Shown: in pieces, positions 7,323-15,643 of the stretch
How positions within the stretch are numbered: position 1 is the first letter of the stretch
How the letters are laid out: each line of letters opens with the position of its first letter
Virus record (IMG/VR): IMGVR_UViG_3300026877_000062
Coordinates: 1 to 17,523 of that record
Reading direction: 5' to 3' (one strand)
Length of the DNA stretch: 17,523 bases
Made by a program: the position numbers and the translations under genes
Notes under the pieces: model-generated
Told to the model about the DNA's origin: nothing
Seen by the model: the letters and a program-made list of their open reading frames with translations, nothing else
Databases searched by the model: none

Positions 7323-7658
7323 ATGAATAGGCTTGTCTTAAAATCGAAACAGGAATTCTTAGATTCGATAAAGAAAGCGTCAGTAATAATAGTATATGCG
7401 GAAACATCACTGCCGATTTTCCGTCAGTTTCTTTGTAGTATAGGAGAACTAAATGTGAGAGTATTAAGTTACGGCAAATACGAAGTGATAGAAGTACTGC
7501 CACACGTTGCTGACATATTTAAGCTATTCTGGTCAAAAAAGCCCAACGTAAAATACTATTTCATACAGAAGCTTGACGGGAACGATAAATACGGTGCAGT
7601 TATCCCTGCAACAAGCAACGAAATTGTTGAAAAATGGTTGGAGGACGAGATAAAGTGA
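7323..7658 (+). CDS. Hypothetical protein (probable start ATG 7323)
   Basis: In-frame ATG 18 nt after the repeated promoter-like motif. First gene of an overlapping operon. Confidence 0.65.
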   Translation: MNRLVLKSKQEFLDSIKKASVIIVYAETSLPIFRQFLCSIGELNVRVLSYGKYEVIEVLPHVADIFKLFWSKKPNVKYYFIQKLDGNDKYGAVIPATSNEIVEKWLEDEIK

Positions 7659-8038
7659 TAAAAAAGTACAGGGCATTACTTAAAGCACAATACACGCCCA
7701 CGAAGCTATTTAACTACCTTACGCAGTACGAGACACATGAAAACGCTGCAATTCTTTACGGTGACATACATTCTATAAAATCCATAGCGTTACTAAAGAA
7801 CGTTAAGATTAAACGTGTAGTATCGCCTCCCATCATCTTATCGTACCCTTTTGACGTTTATTATGATGAAGACGACGTAGTATTATATACTAAAATGAAC
7901 GACGCATTCCCACCGGAAGTTAAACAGCGCGTGAAGTCTATCCTCAGCATACTAAAGTGCATAAAGATGATGAAAGGAAAGAACAGTAACATATATTTAC
8001 TCGCGGTAAACGGGGTTGAAGAATGTCAAGCGGAGTAG
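7634..8038 (+). CDS. Hypothetical protein
   Basis: ORF overlapping both neighbours in operon fashion. The true start may be the GTG near 7655. Confidence 0.6.
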   Translation: MVGGRDKVIKKYRALLKAQYTPTKLFNYLTQYETHENAAILYGDIHSIKSIALLKNVKIKRVVSPPIILSYPFDVYYDEDDVVLYTKMNDAFPPEVKQRVKSILSILKCIKMMKGKNSNIYLLAVNGVEECQAE

Positions 8039-8394
8039 ATACAGGGATAGAGTTAACGCCGCTTAGGACTTACAGAGAGTTCGCCACTCATCTTCTTAAC
8101 AAGATCATCCACGAGGTGAATAACTATAGCATAGCATTCCCGCAGCGCAAAGCTTCATTCCTTGTAGTTGTCAGCTCAACTAAATCCTTATTGATGCACA
8201 TGGACAAGACTGATTATATCACTAAAAAGTCAGGAAAAAGTATAAACGAAATAATGAGAGAGCTTGAAAGGAAGGAAGGGGAAAATATTGACGATTACAT
8301 GGAAAGAACCCTAAAGCTGCTAGTTGAAATACTTAGCGAAATCGCAGTAAGTGAGAGCGTTATCTACCCGAACATGGGGGTTAATATATGGTAA
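8023..8394 (+). CDS. Hypothetical helical protein
   Basis: 123 aa with a GGGGTTG SD. Overlaps neighbours. Confidence 0.65.
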   Translation: MSSGVDTGIELTPLRTYREFATHLLNKIIHEVNNYSIAFPQRKASFLVVVSSTKSLLMHMDKTDYITKKSGKSINEIMRELERKEGENIDDYMERTLKLLVEILSEIAVSESVIYPNMGVNIW

Positions 8395-8723
8395 TGTTAT
8401 TGCTCAAGATCTTACTTGACATAATTTCCCTAATATTCCTAGAAGTATATGGTTTAGTATACCTTACTATAGCAGAGAAAATGAAACATCAGTCCATTGT
8501 TAAACTTGAGTATCTGTTTGTAGCAATAGGAGTAACTATGGTAGTTCTCTCTTATTTGTATCACTCTTCAACATCCCTCGTAATAGGTAGTCTACTTTTC
8601 TCTATTCCGTTAATAAGGATAGTATTAATAAAATGGAAGAAAAAATTAGTAAGGATATTAGGAGGTCTGTTAATAGATAAAATGAAAGAAAAATACATAG
8701 ATGGTGGTGTTAATATATGGTGA
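8388..8723 (+). CDS. Membrane protein, paralog of 8717-8956 with a C-terminal fusion
   Basis: Three hydrophobic segments. Shares IAE, VLSYLY, TSL and KWKKK with the next ORF. Confidence 0.65.
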   Translation: MVMLLLKILLDIISLIFLEVYGLVYLTIAEKMKHQSIVKLEYLFVAIGVTMVVLSYLYHSSTSLVIGSLLFSIPLIRIVLIKWKKKLVRILGGLLIDKMKEKYIDGGVNIW

Positions 8724-8956
8724 TACTCGATTTTATCTCTGCAGCACTCCTAGTAGTTTACATTATCGCAGAGAACCGATACCTGCCTACTGTTAATTTC
8801 GAGTTACTATTCGCAGTGATGAGTATGGCTATGGCCGTACTCTCCTACCTGTACAACTCTTTTACGTCTCTTACAATTAGCAGCATACTTTTCCTTCTCG
8901 TGGTGATAAGGATAATAAGAGTAAAAAGGGTGATTAAGAAATGGAAGAAAAAGTAA
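8717..8956 (+). CDS. Small membrane protein
   Basis: 79 aa, hydrophobic. Paralog of the preceding ORF. Confidence 0.65.
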   Translation: MVILDFISAALLVVYIIAENRYLPTVNFELLFAVMSMAMAVLSYLYNSFTSLTISSILFLLVVIRIIRVKRVIKKWKKK

Positions 8957-9135
8957 GCAGGATAATAGAGCGACTGTTGGTAGATGAGATGAAGGAGGAG
9001 TGCATAGATTACATCAGCGAAGATGACATCAATTACATTATACTATTCCTGGAAACCGGCGAAAGAAGAAAAAGCAAACTCGTCGAATGCCTAGGTGGTT
9101 ACGATGAGATTAGAAGATTATCAGAGCTATTATAA
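8941..9135 (+). CDS. Small acidic hypothetical protein
   Basis: 64 aa with a GGGTGA SD upstream. Confidence 0.65.
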   Translation: MEEKVSRIIERLLVDEMKEECIDYISEDDINYIILFLETGERRKSKLVECLGGYDEIRRLSELL

Positions 9136-9880
9136 CGTTTTACTTCCGATTTATCAGAAAATTATGGTACCGCAAACCAGGGGAGAGGGGTGGAACGTCC
9201 TATCACGTTTGGCTCACGATTTCCATTACAACCCCCTCGTCTGGTTCATAAGCAACGCTGTCAAACCTAAGGACTATTACACGCACGACGAGGTGATTGT
9301 CTACGGCGAGCCGGGGAGCGGTAAGACTAGTTACGTAATTCAGTCGATGCTTTACGTATATGAGGACGTGAGGGAAGTCAGGAGAAGGGTGGTGTTTGAC
9401 GTTGATGACCTAAAACAGCTACTGGAGAACATTAGGGACGGGCAACGGTATGACGTTGTACTTTTTGACGACCCTTCTGCAATAGGACTGTCTTCGACTT
9501 GGAACATGAGAAGTGCAGCAGAGAAGAGGAAGATGCTTGAGCTCTTTGACGCTTTCGTCTACGTAAAGGATTTTATATCGCTCATAATCTTCACAGTTCC
9601 ACGGCTGATAGGTGTAGCTAAATTCTTTCGCGACATCGCTACATGGAGGGTCCAAGTAAAGAAAGAAGGGAAGGTAATTTTCACAAGGAGGGAAGTGGCG
9701 TCAACACGGTCCGGGGCCCTGAAGGAAATCGACACTCCGGTAATGTTTTACTACGTCAAAAACCTGAGGATGCCCAACGAGATTTGGGACGAAATGATGG
9801 AGAAGAGAAGGAAAATTATCGAGGAAAGGATAGAGAGGTTCAACCGGAACGGGTCGGGGGGTGACGAAAATGATGTTTAA
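9104..9880 (+). CDS. P-loop ATPase, resembling fusellovirus B251-type / Zot-like viral ATPases
   Basis: Walker A GEPGSGKT and Walker B VVLFDD, about 260 aa. ATG 9104 follows a GGTGG SD. Confidence 0.8.
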   Translation: MRLEDYQSYYNVLLPIYQKIMVPQTRGEGWNVLSRLAHDFHYNPLVWFISNAVKPKDYYTHDEVIVYGEPGSGKTSYVIQSMLYVYEDVREVRRRVVFDVDDLKQLLENIRDGQRYDVVLFDDPSAIGLSSTWNMRSAAEKRKMLELFDAFVYVKDFISLIIFTVPRLIGVAKFFRDIATWRVQVKKEGKVIFTRREVASTRSGALKEIDTPVMFYYVKNLRMPNEIWDEMMEKRRKIIEERIERFNRNGSGGDENDV

Positions 9881-10409
9881 GGACTACGTTGAGAAAATAC
9901 TCAAGGGCGAATTTGCCTACAAGAACGGACAACCGCAGCCCGTCACGATCTCGAAGATAATTGCGGAAAGGGAAGGAAAAGAGTACGTCCCTCCGGTTGT
10001 CGAAATACTACCGAAGTCATTCATTAACGCTTTTATCGTTTCAGAAGATGCGAACACGGAAGGGCTGAAAAAGTGGGCGAATAATGTAATGGCCCCTATC
10101 GAAAAGCCATATGTAATGAAGAACCCTAATGCCCTTTTTTTAGGCAATTGGTACATTTACTTGGAGGAGGGGATTAATGTAGGGTATATATATGCAGCAA
10201 TAACTTTTGGTAATGTCCCCGTCTTGCCCTCATTTTTCAGAGATGAGTTCGGTGAGTGCGCAGTATATTACAACGCTGAGTTGATATATCCGCATTTCAG
10301 GTTTTCCCTCGCCGACTTGTATAAAACACTGACTAGCGTTTTCAAGAATGAGAGGCTGTATTTCTCAAAGATTAATTGTTTGCTTGAATCTTCCTCTTTC
10401 TCTCTGTGA
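9870..10409 (+). CDS. Hypothetical protein
   Basis: ORF coupled to the ATPase. A GGGGGTGA SD precedes ATG 9870. Confidence 0.65.
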   Translation: MMFKDYVEKILKGEFAYKNGQPQPVTISKIIAEREGKEYVPPVVEILPKSFINAFIVSEDANTEGLKKWANNVMAPIEKPYVMKNPNALFLGNWYIYLEEGINVGYIYAAITFGNVPVLPSFFRDEFGECAVYYNAELIYPHFRFSLADLYKTLTSVFKNERLYFSKINCLLESSSFSL

Positions 10410-10436
10410 GCTATTCCGCTTGCTAACTTGTTTTGC

Positions 10437-10485
10437 AAAAAGTTTAAATACCGGTTTAATAAAAAGTATAATTGGGGATAAAAAA
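10437..10485 (+). promoter_or_regulatory. Strong early-type viral promoter plus SD
   Basis: AAAAAGTTTAAATA...GGGGATAAAAAA-GTG, the same design as the promoters at 11966-12017 and 12104-12152. Confidence 0.7.
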
Positions 10486-10941
10486 GTGTCCTGTCAAAAC
10501 ATCTTATGTAAGAGTGTGTATGAGAAAGGTTATTTGTGTAATACTAATAACAATAAGAAGTTAATAATAATGGAAATCAACAATGATTTTCCAGTAGTGA
10601 AATTTGATAATGATAAAATTATAGATATATCTTTATATGAATATAGTAATAATCTTAAAACAGCATCTCAATGTGAATGTGAAGAGATTGATATCAGTCT
10701 TGATATATTGTATCAAGCAGAGTATTTACCACGAGTATATTATACAGTGTATGAAATAAAAATTAACAAAAATAATATGGAATTCTTATTAATTGAGCAA
10801 TTAGATGCCTCATTTTCCTTGATCGTAAACTATTATCCATGTGATAACCTCAATGAGTGTAAGAAAAAGATTGAGAAAGTTCAAAATTCATTAACATATT
10901 CGTGTAAAGGAAAAATCAGAGAAGCATATGTTGTGAAATAA
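10486..10941 (+). CDS. Hypothetical Cys-containing acidic protein, candidate anti-defence protein (start GTG 10486)
   Basis: An in-frame GTG directly follows the promoter/SD. The listed 10348 start overlaps the upstream gene and the promoter. Confidence 0.6.
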   Translation: MSCQNILCKSVYEKGYLCNTNNNKKLIIMEINNDFPVVKFDNDKIIDISLYEYSNNLKTASQCECEEIDISLDILYQAEYLPRVYYTVYEIKINKNNMEFLLIEQLDASFSLIVNYYPCDNLNECKKKIEKVQNSLTYSCKGKIREAYVVK

Positions 10942-11527
10942 AACTAAGTTAATTTTTTCTTTTCTAGTTTTACATAGGTTACTTTTCCGTGCATTTTCAA
11001 TACTCCACTTCTGTCAAATTCAGCTAACGCGTTAAAGTATTGTTTGTGACTAGTTTAAAATATGTATGGGCTTAGTTTAAGTGCAGCAGCTGCTATATCT
11101 TAAAAATCAATTAATTTTATAAATTATTCATAAGAGAATGAAGAAATTATCATCGTTATTTCGTGTAATCTTACACTGAATTCATAAGGACATGAAGGTA
11201 ACAAATGATATAAAGCAGCATAAAATTCACGACTTATCAGAAACTGTAGAATTTGACTAAATCTTTTTTCTTTTCTTTCTTTCTTTTTCTTTTGCGAAAT
11301 GTTTATTCATAATGTAACTTTTCCTTATTTTTAATTACTTCTGATTATACCATTAAGTAAGCTGAGACTATATGCCTATCAAAACTCTTTTCCCTTATTA
11401 TCCTATCGTTATACTCAGAGTTTATAGCACCCTTAGAATTAACTAACATAACGTTAAAACATAACCTAAATGAGAAGAGTAAAACGAAAAAGAAAAAAGA
11501 TGAACTTTTTAAAAGGAAAAGAAAAAA

Positions 11528-11965
11528 TTATTCGGTCTGATCTGAGACATAATAAAATAGTGGCAATTGATCTTTGTTGTTTATTAATAATGTTCTTATA
11601 TTTTCTGGTAGATCGTCCAGTGTCATTTTTTGTTCTTTTCTTTCGTATAGTTCCCATTTTTGCAATTCTTCTAAAGCTCCGTCCTCCTTTAATTGAACGA
11701 CTTTTATTACTATATATGTATTTCCTAAGTTGCTTCTCTTCACACTGTATAGAAGGTACTTAGCTGGGAATAGTAAATATGTTCTTGTCCCATGACTTCC
11801 AGATTTTGTCGTGTGCAACCTTGAACTTATCACCTTGCCACTCTTAAATGAAATTAGTACTGTATCGTCAAAGCCACCCATTCCTGTTCGTCTGTATTCG
11901 AATGACACGACTATTGGTTTGGGTTTGGCTTGGGTTTGGTTTGAAGTTTGGGGCTTTTCACTCAT
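11528..11965 (-). CDS. Hypothetical protein resembling Sulfolobales virus early genes, candidate anti-defence protein
   Basis: Starts MSEKPQ after a GGGGTGA SD; the listed GTG 11977 is part of that SD. It has its own early-type promoter. Confidence 0.7.
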   Translation of the reverse strand: MSEKPQTSNQTQAKPKPIVVSFEYRRTGMGGFDDTVLISFKSGKVISSRLHTTKSGSHGTRTYLLFPAKYLLYSVKRSNLGNTYIVIKVVQLKEDGALEELQKWELYERKEQKMTLDDLPENIRTLLINNKDQLPLFYYVSDQTE

Positions 11966-12152
11966 CTGTTTTTTCACCCCTAAATAAACTATTGTACAAA
12001 CTGATATTTAAACTTTTCTACTAATCAGTTAGCAAACTAATTGTATATTATTTGCAGCAGCTTCTCTGGTATTCTTCCTTTTCTTTTTCCTAACCAGTTG
12101 ACCAAAAAGTTTAAATACTAGTTTTTACATAATTATAATTAGGGGTGAAAAA
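11966..12152. promoter_or_regulatory. Divergent pair of near-identical early promoters
   Basis: - strand: AAAAGTTTAAATATCAGTTTGTACA...TAGGGGTGAAAAAA. + strand: AAAAGTTTAAATACTAGTTTTTACA...TAGGGGTGAAAAAATG. Confidence 0.75.
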
Positions 12153-12587
12153 ATGGCAGAAGAAACCAAAAATGAAAGTAAAAACTATAATTTTTTGGTT
12201 TATAAATACGATACTTACGGAACTTATGGTCAACACGAAAAAGTTATAAAACTCATCATAGATATCGACAACAAATCCCAAAAACCCCTTTGGGAATTTA
12301 TAAACGTGAAATGGGAAAACAACGACAGTAGAAAAAATAAGCATAGAGAAGCATATGCAAAAGAAGAAGATATTATGAAGATGAAGGGAAAAATCTTAAA
12401 AGTGGTAATAGATTATCAGAGTTCTAGAAAAAGAGAAATAAGTATAAAATATTATTATATTTCTGATGATGGACTACAAGAACTAAAAGCAGAAACAGGA
12501 ATAAGAATAGGAGAGAAATATTATGATATTATAGAAGTCAACGGCAAAAAAATAATGGTAAACAAAGACGAGGTGGTAGTTCAATGA
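12153..12587 (+). CDS. Hypothetical protein, candidate anti-defence protein
   Basis: 144 aa preceded by an early-type promoter and SD. Confidence 0.75.
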   Translation: MAEETKNESKNYNFLVYKYDTYGTYGQHEKVIKLIIDIDNKSQKPLWEFINVKWENNDSRKNKHREAYAKEEDIMKMKGKILKVVIDYQSSRKREISIKYYYISDDGLQELKAETGIRIGEKYYDIIEVNGKKIMVNKDEVVVQ

Positions 12588-12823
12588 AATTAGATGAGTT
12601 TAAGGCAAAAGCTTTAGCGAAATTGATTGTATATGAGCCTGAAAATGATAGAGAAAAGGAACTAATATCAATCCTTGTCTCTAAAATGAATTATTTAAAC
12701 ATAGACACACTAACAGATCTTATGATGACATTATATGAAATCAAGGAAAACGAGAAAGACGTTACTGAAGATTTCAAAAATAAAGTTAAGGAAATAACGC
12801 TACTTGCATCACAATTATTTTAA
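12584..12823 (+). CDS. Small acidic helical protein
   Basis: ATGA overlap with the upstream gene and a GAGGTGG SD. Confidence 0.7.
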   Translation: MKLDEFKAKALAKLIVYEPENDREKELISILVSKMNYLNIDTLTDLMMTLYEIKENEKDVTEDFKNKVKEITLLASQLF

Positions 12824-13102
12824 GATATTGACTTCCTTGAGAACTCAAGATAAAAGTTTTCTTTTTTTCCTATTTTACTTTTCCCTACTTTTCTATCTTT
12901 GAAGATTATAGGATATTCTATAACTTTTAGGTTAGATTTGATAAACTAACACTAGATACAGAGTTTATTCACGCAAAGCTGCACTATTAGCATTAGATTG
13001 TGAAACAGCTAATGGTTATGAATTCCAAATTTGCTCAATATTTAAAAAATGGGAGCTGTTGAGCTGAGTCGCTGGAAATTTAATTGTCATACGTGGGTCA
13101 CC

Positions 13103-13507
13103 TCAGCCCTTCCACATATAGAGATCACAAAAAGATTTACTGACTCTGAAAGTATCTATTATATTATTTCTCCTTGAGTATCTACTTAAAAATTCCGTAT
13201 ACCAAAACTGTAAGCTAAACTCATCCATTCCTATTATTATCTTCCCTAACTCGTTAATCCTCGTAGCATAAACTTTCCTAATGGTTTGTCTCACACCACC
13301 ATAAACTATCATAATTTTAAACAGTCTCTCGTTCTCAGTCCTTATAGTTTTCTTAGACCTCTTATATTCAACATTAACGTTCTTGAGAATAATATCATAA
13401 ATTTCACTTAAACTCACAGCAGCCTTAAAGACTCGTGAGCTACTACTGTTTCTTATAATGTAATAATAAATCCTATTAGGGCTAGTTTCTCTTATGAGGT
13501 ACTCCAT
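13103..13507 (-). CDS. Hypothetical basic protein
   Basis: 134 aa. Last gene of a tightly packed - strand operon. Confidence 0.7.
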   Translation of the reverse strand: MEYLIRETSPNRIYYYIIRNSSSSRVFKAAVSLSEIYDIILKNVNVEYKRSKKTIRTENERLFKIMIVYGGVRQTIRKVYATRINELGKIIIGMDEFSLQFWYTEFLSRYSRRNNIIDTFRVSKSFCDLYMWKG

Positions 13508-13508
13508 C

Positions 13509-13703
13509 TTAACACACCTTAAGGAGTTTTTTTACTTTCTGTTTCGCGAAACTCCTGAGTTTGTTTGTTGTGAATAAATAGCATAGAATTAGATGTTTGT
13601 TGTCATCATATGCATGGACGTAGAAATGCTGATAGACATTAAGATATTGCCTTCCGCATGCTGGACACTTGGTTAGCACATGGATTCGTGCATGTTGTTT
13701 CAA
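13509..13703 (-). CDS. C2H2 zinc-finger protein
   Basis: CPACGRQYLNVYQHFYVH matches C-x2-C...H-x3-H. The start codon is uncertain. Confidence 0.65.
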   Translation of the reverse strand: MKQHARIHVLTKCPACGRQYLNVYQHFYVHAYDDNKHLILCYLFTTNKLRSFAKQKVKKLLKVC

Positions 13704-13755
13704 TGAGAATAACCGAATAGCTGTAAAACCGCAAATTGGGCATCTATACGTTTTC

Positions 13756-13989
13756 TCACCCTTCAGATTCTAAATATTTTGCGATAGCTATCCTAATCAG
13801 TTCACTTTTTGAAACTTTCATTTTGCTAGCTGCCTTCTCTAACTTTGCATTCAGTTCTGGCGGTAGTCTGAATGAAATTATATCCATACCCCAATCTCTA
13901 CGACCACTTTTGTAAGGTTTCGGTAGTTTGATATATTCCACTCTTATCTCCATTTTCTTCACCCTTTTTCCTTCTTCCATAGAAACCAC
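13756..13989 (-). CDS. Ribbon-helix-helix (CopG-family) transcriptional regulator
   Basis: IISFRLPPELNAKLEKAASKMKVSKSELIRIAIAKYL is a typical RHH pattern. The true start may be the internal Met of MEIRVEY. Confidence 0.85.
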   Translation of the reverse strand: MVSMEEGKRVKKMEIRVEYIKLPKPYKSGRRDWGMDIISFRLPPELNAKLEKAASKMKVSKSELIRIAIAKYLESEG

Positions 13990-14222
13990 CCTTCAAGTCC
14001 CTTACACTCACCTTCGCTAATTACAGTCATTATTTTGTCGTCAGTAATGAAAGATTTAAGCTCGCATTTAACTGAATCCTCATCTTCTAACCATATACCG
14101 CTTTCATCTTGGTGGATTACGTACTCCTTTCCCCTAACGTCAAAGTAAATATTGAATTTACCGTCAACCAGTATGTAGTTAATCTTAACAGCATATACGT
14201 ATAAATCTTCAATCATCACCAC
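13959..14222 (-). CDS. Hypothetical protein
   Basis: 87-aa ORF in the operon, with GAGGTGA upstream. Confidence 0.6.
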   Translation of the reverse strand: MVMIEDLYVYAVKINYILVDGKFNIYFDVRGKEYVIHQDESGIWLEDEDSVKCELKSFITDDKIMTVISEGECKGLEGWFLWKKEKG

Positions 14223-14406
14223 TCACCTCTACCATGCCCATCTTTTGCTTAATTAAATTATCCAGTTCCTTGGCAAATGTATCGGTAAGCTTTTTGGCAT
14301 CTAAAAGCATTTCTAGTTCTTCCTTCTCTTCAAGGTCATTATCAAGGATATCGTTTAATATAGCTTCAATTGCAACACAAAGCCTATAAAGGCTGTTTAT
14401 ATTCGT
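14209..14406 (-). CDS. Hidden 65-aa acidic helical ORF beginning at ACG (non-canonical or mutated start)
   Basis: The open frame (T)NINSLYRLCVAIEAILNDILDNDLEEKEELEMLLDAKKLTDTFAKELDNLIKQKMGMVEVSGDD* fills the gap in the operon. ACG is 6 nt after GGTGA. Confidence 0.5.
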   Translation of the reverse strand, partial: TNINSLYRLCVAIEAILNDILDNDLEEKEELEMLLDAKKLTDTFAKELDNLIKQKMGMVEVSGDD

Positions 14407-14412
14407 ACCTCC

Positions 14413-14838
14413 TCACCCTCTTTTTGCCTTATTTGCTAGAGCATCATACGTCTTTTCATCACATATATTTTCACATTTTACCAATTCTTCTAAAACAGCA
14501 CCGTAAATCTTTGCTCTCAATAATAACACCTTACCCTCATTATATAATTGCTGTACTTCTTCGGCATTTAATACCCTTCCTTCTTCCAACCTAAAGCCTA
14601 GTACTACAATATAGATAACATCACCAATTCCCGCCTTTATGTTCACTCTATTAACCACAAAGCTAGTTTTACATAGTGCGTTAACCAAATCAATGGTTCC
14701 CTTATGTCCTATTGCATTTGTAACATTATTGCTAATGGTCTCGCAGAATTCCTCTCTATTTACAGCTGAAAACTCCACATCGGACGGCAGTTGAGATAAC
14801 ATAGATGGGCTAAACGCATTAGCTAAATAGGTAGTCAT
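14413..14838 (-). CDS. acrIII-1: AcrIII-1 / DUF1874 viral ring nuclease (cyclic tetra-adenylate-degrading anti-CRISPR)
   Basis: Family motifs YLANAFSPSML, AIGHKGT (catalytic His), NR and RLEEGRVL, as in SIRV1 gp29 / STIV B116. Confidence 0.9.
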   Translation of the reverse strand: MTTYLANAFSPSMLSQLPSDVEFSAVNREEFCETISNNVTNAIGHKGTIDLVNALCKTSFVVNRVNIKAGIGDVIYIVVLGFRLEEGRVLNAEEVQQLYNEGKVLLLRAKIYGAVLEELVKCENICDEKTYDALANKAKRG

Positions 14839-14853
14839 TTACTCACACCTTAG

Positions 14854-15162
14854 TCAGCGATTTATGTTCCAAATTAATAGCGTTATTAATTTCAAAATTT
14901 CCTCTCTTGCACCTTCTTGTAGTTTCTCATTTTGTGTAAATCTGTATACATTGAACAGTTTCTCAATATCTTTTAGAATGCTATTAATACTGCGTTCCTC
15001 AGGACTCAAGTAGATGAAATTGATTTCACTTCCATCCTTTGTTTTTACGTTTGCATATAACTTGTAGTATTCTGTGTGCTTACCTTGAACCTCCACAACT
15101 TGAATAAAAAAATTTATATTAATTTCTTCCTTTAACACCTCTTGGAGTTGGGGTTCAACCAT
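14854..15162 (-). CDS. Hypothetical protein, first gene of the acrIII-1 operon
   Basis: 102 aa preceded by AAACTTTATATA (BRE/TATA) and a GGGAG SD. Confidence 0.7.
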   Translation of the reverse strand: MVEPQLQEVLKEEININFFIQVVEVQGKHTEYYKLYANVKTKDGSEINFIYLSPEERSINSILKDIEKLFNVYRFTQNEKLQEGAREEILKLITLLIWNINR

Positions 15163-15241
15163 TTTTACTCCCTAGTATAGTGTATGTCTGATATAATATA
15201 TAAAGTTTGTGGTATATGCGTAGTACACATATAACATGCAC

Positions 15242-15643
15242 CTATTTATATCTACTTAGATGTGGTCCAACACCAAACGGGATAAACGTTACCATACGAA
15301 AAGGCATCATAGACCGTAACTCCTTCCATACTATCTCTCTACCCCTTACCTCAGTATCTATATAACATTCTACCAACCTCAGACAGACGAGGAGATCTTT
15401 AAGCACCTCCTTAACGCCTTTTTCGTCATTTACAATATGGACATTAAGCGTTATTTTATCCTCTTCTACATTAAGATATTTAATAGGAATATGGACATGG
15501 GGTTTTTTAGCTGCTTTGACTGGGCTGTACACGGCATAAGCACCCAACGTATTTTCGAAAATTAGCAGAGTCCCCGAACTTGTCTGTGCCACACCCGCAA
15601 GTGTCGTATCGCCTATAACCTCTACCTCAACGCCGTGAGTCAT
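15242..15643 (-). CDS. Hypothetical protein
   Basis: 133 aa. Its start overlaps the stop of the large ATPase. Confidence 0.65.
   Translation of the reverse strand: MTHGVEVEVIGDTTLAGVAQTSSGTLLIFENTLGAYAVYSPVKAAKKPHVHIPIKYLNVEEDKITLNVHIVNDEKGVKEVLKDLLVCLRLVECYIDTEVRGREIVWKELRSMMPFRMVTFIPFGVGPHLSRYK

Noticed and set aside
11178-11195. Self-target of orphan unit GAATTCATA-GCACGATGA
   Set aside because: Only the first 9-mer matches exactly and the second half is 4/9, which is expected by chance.
11261-11293. TTTC-rich tract as a microsatellite or functional repeat
   Set aside because: Low-complexity pyrimidine run, most simply an archaeal terminator-like tract; similar ones follow 10941 and 12823.
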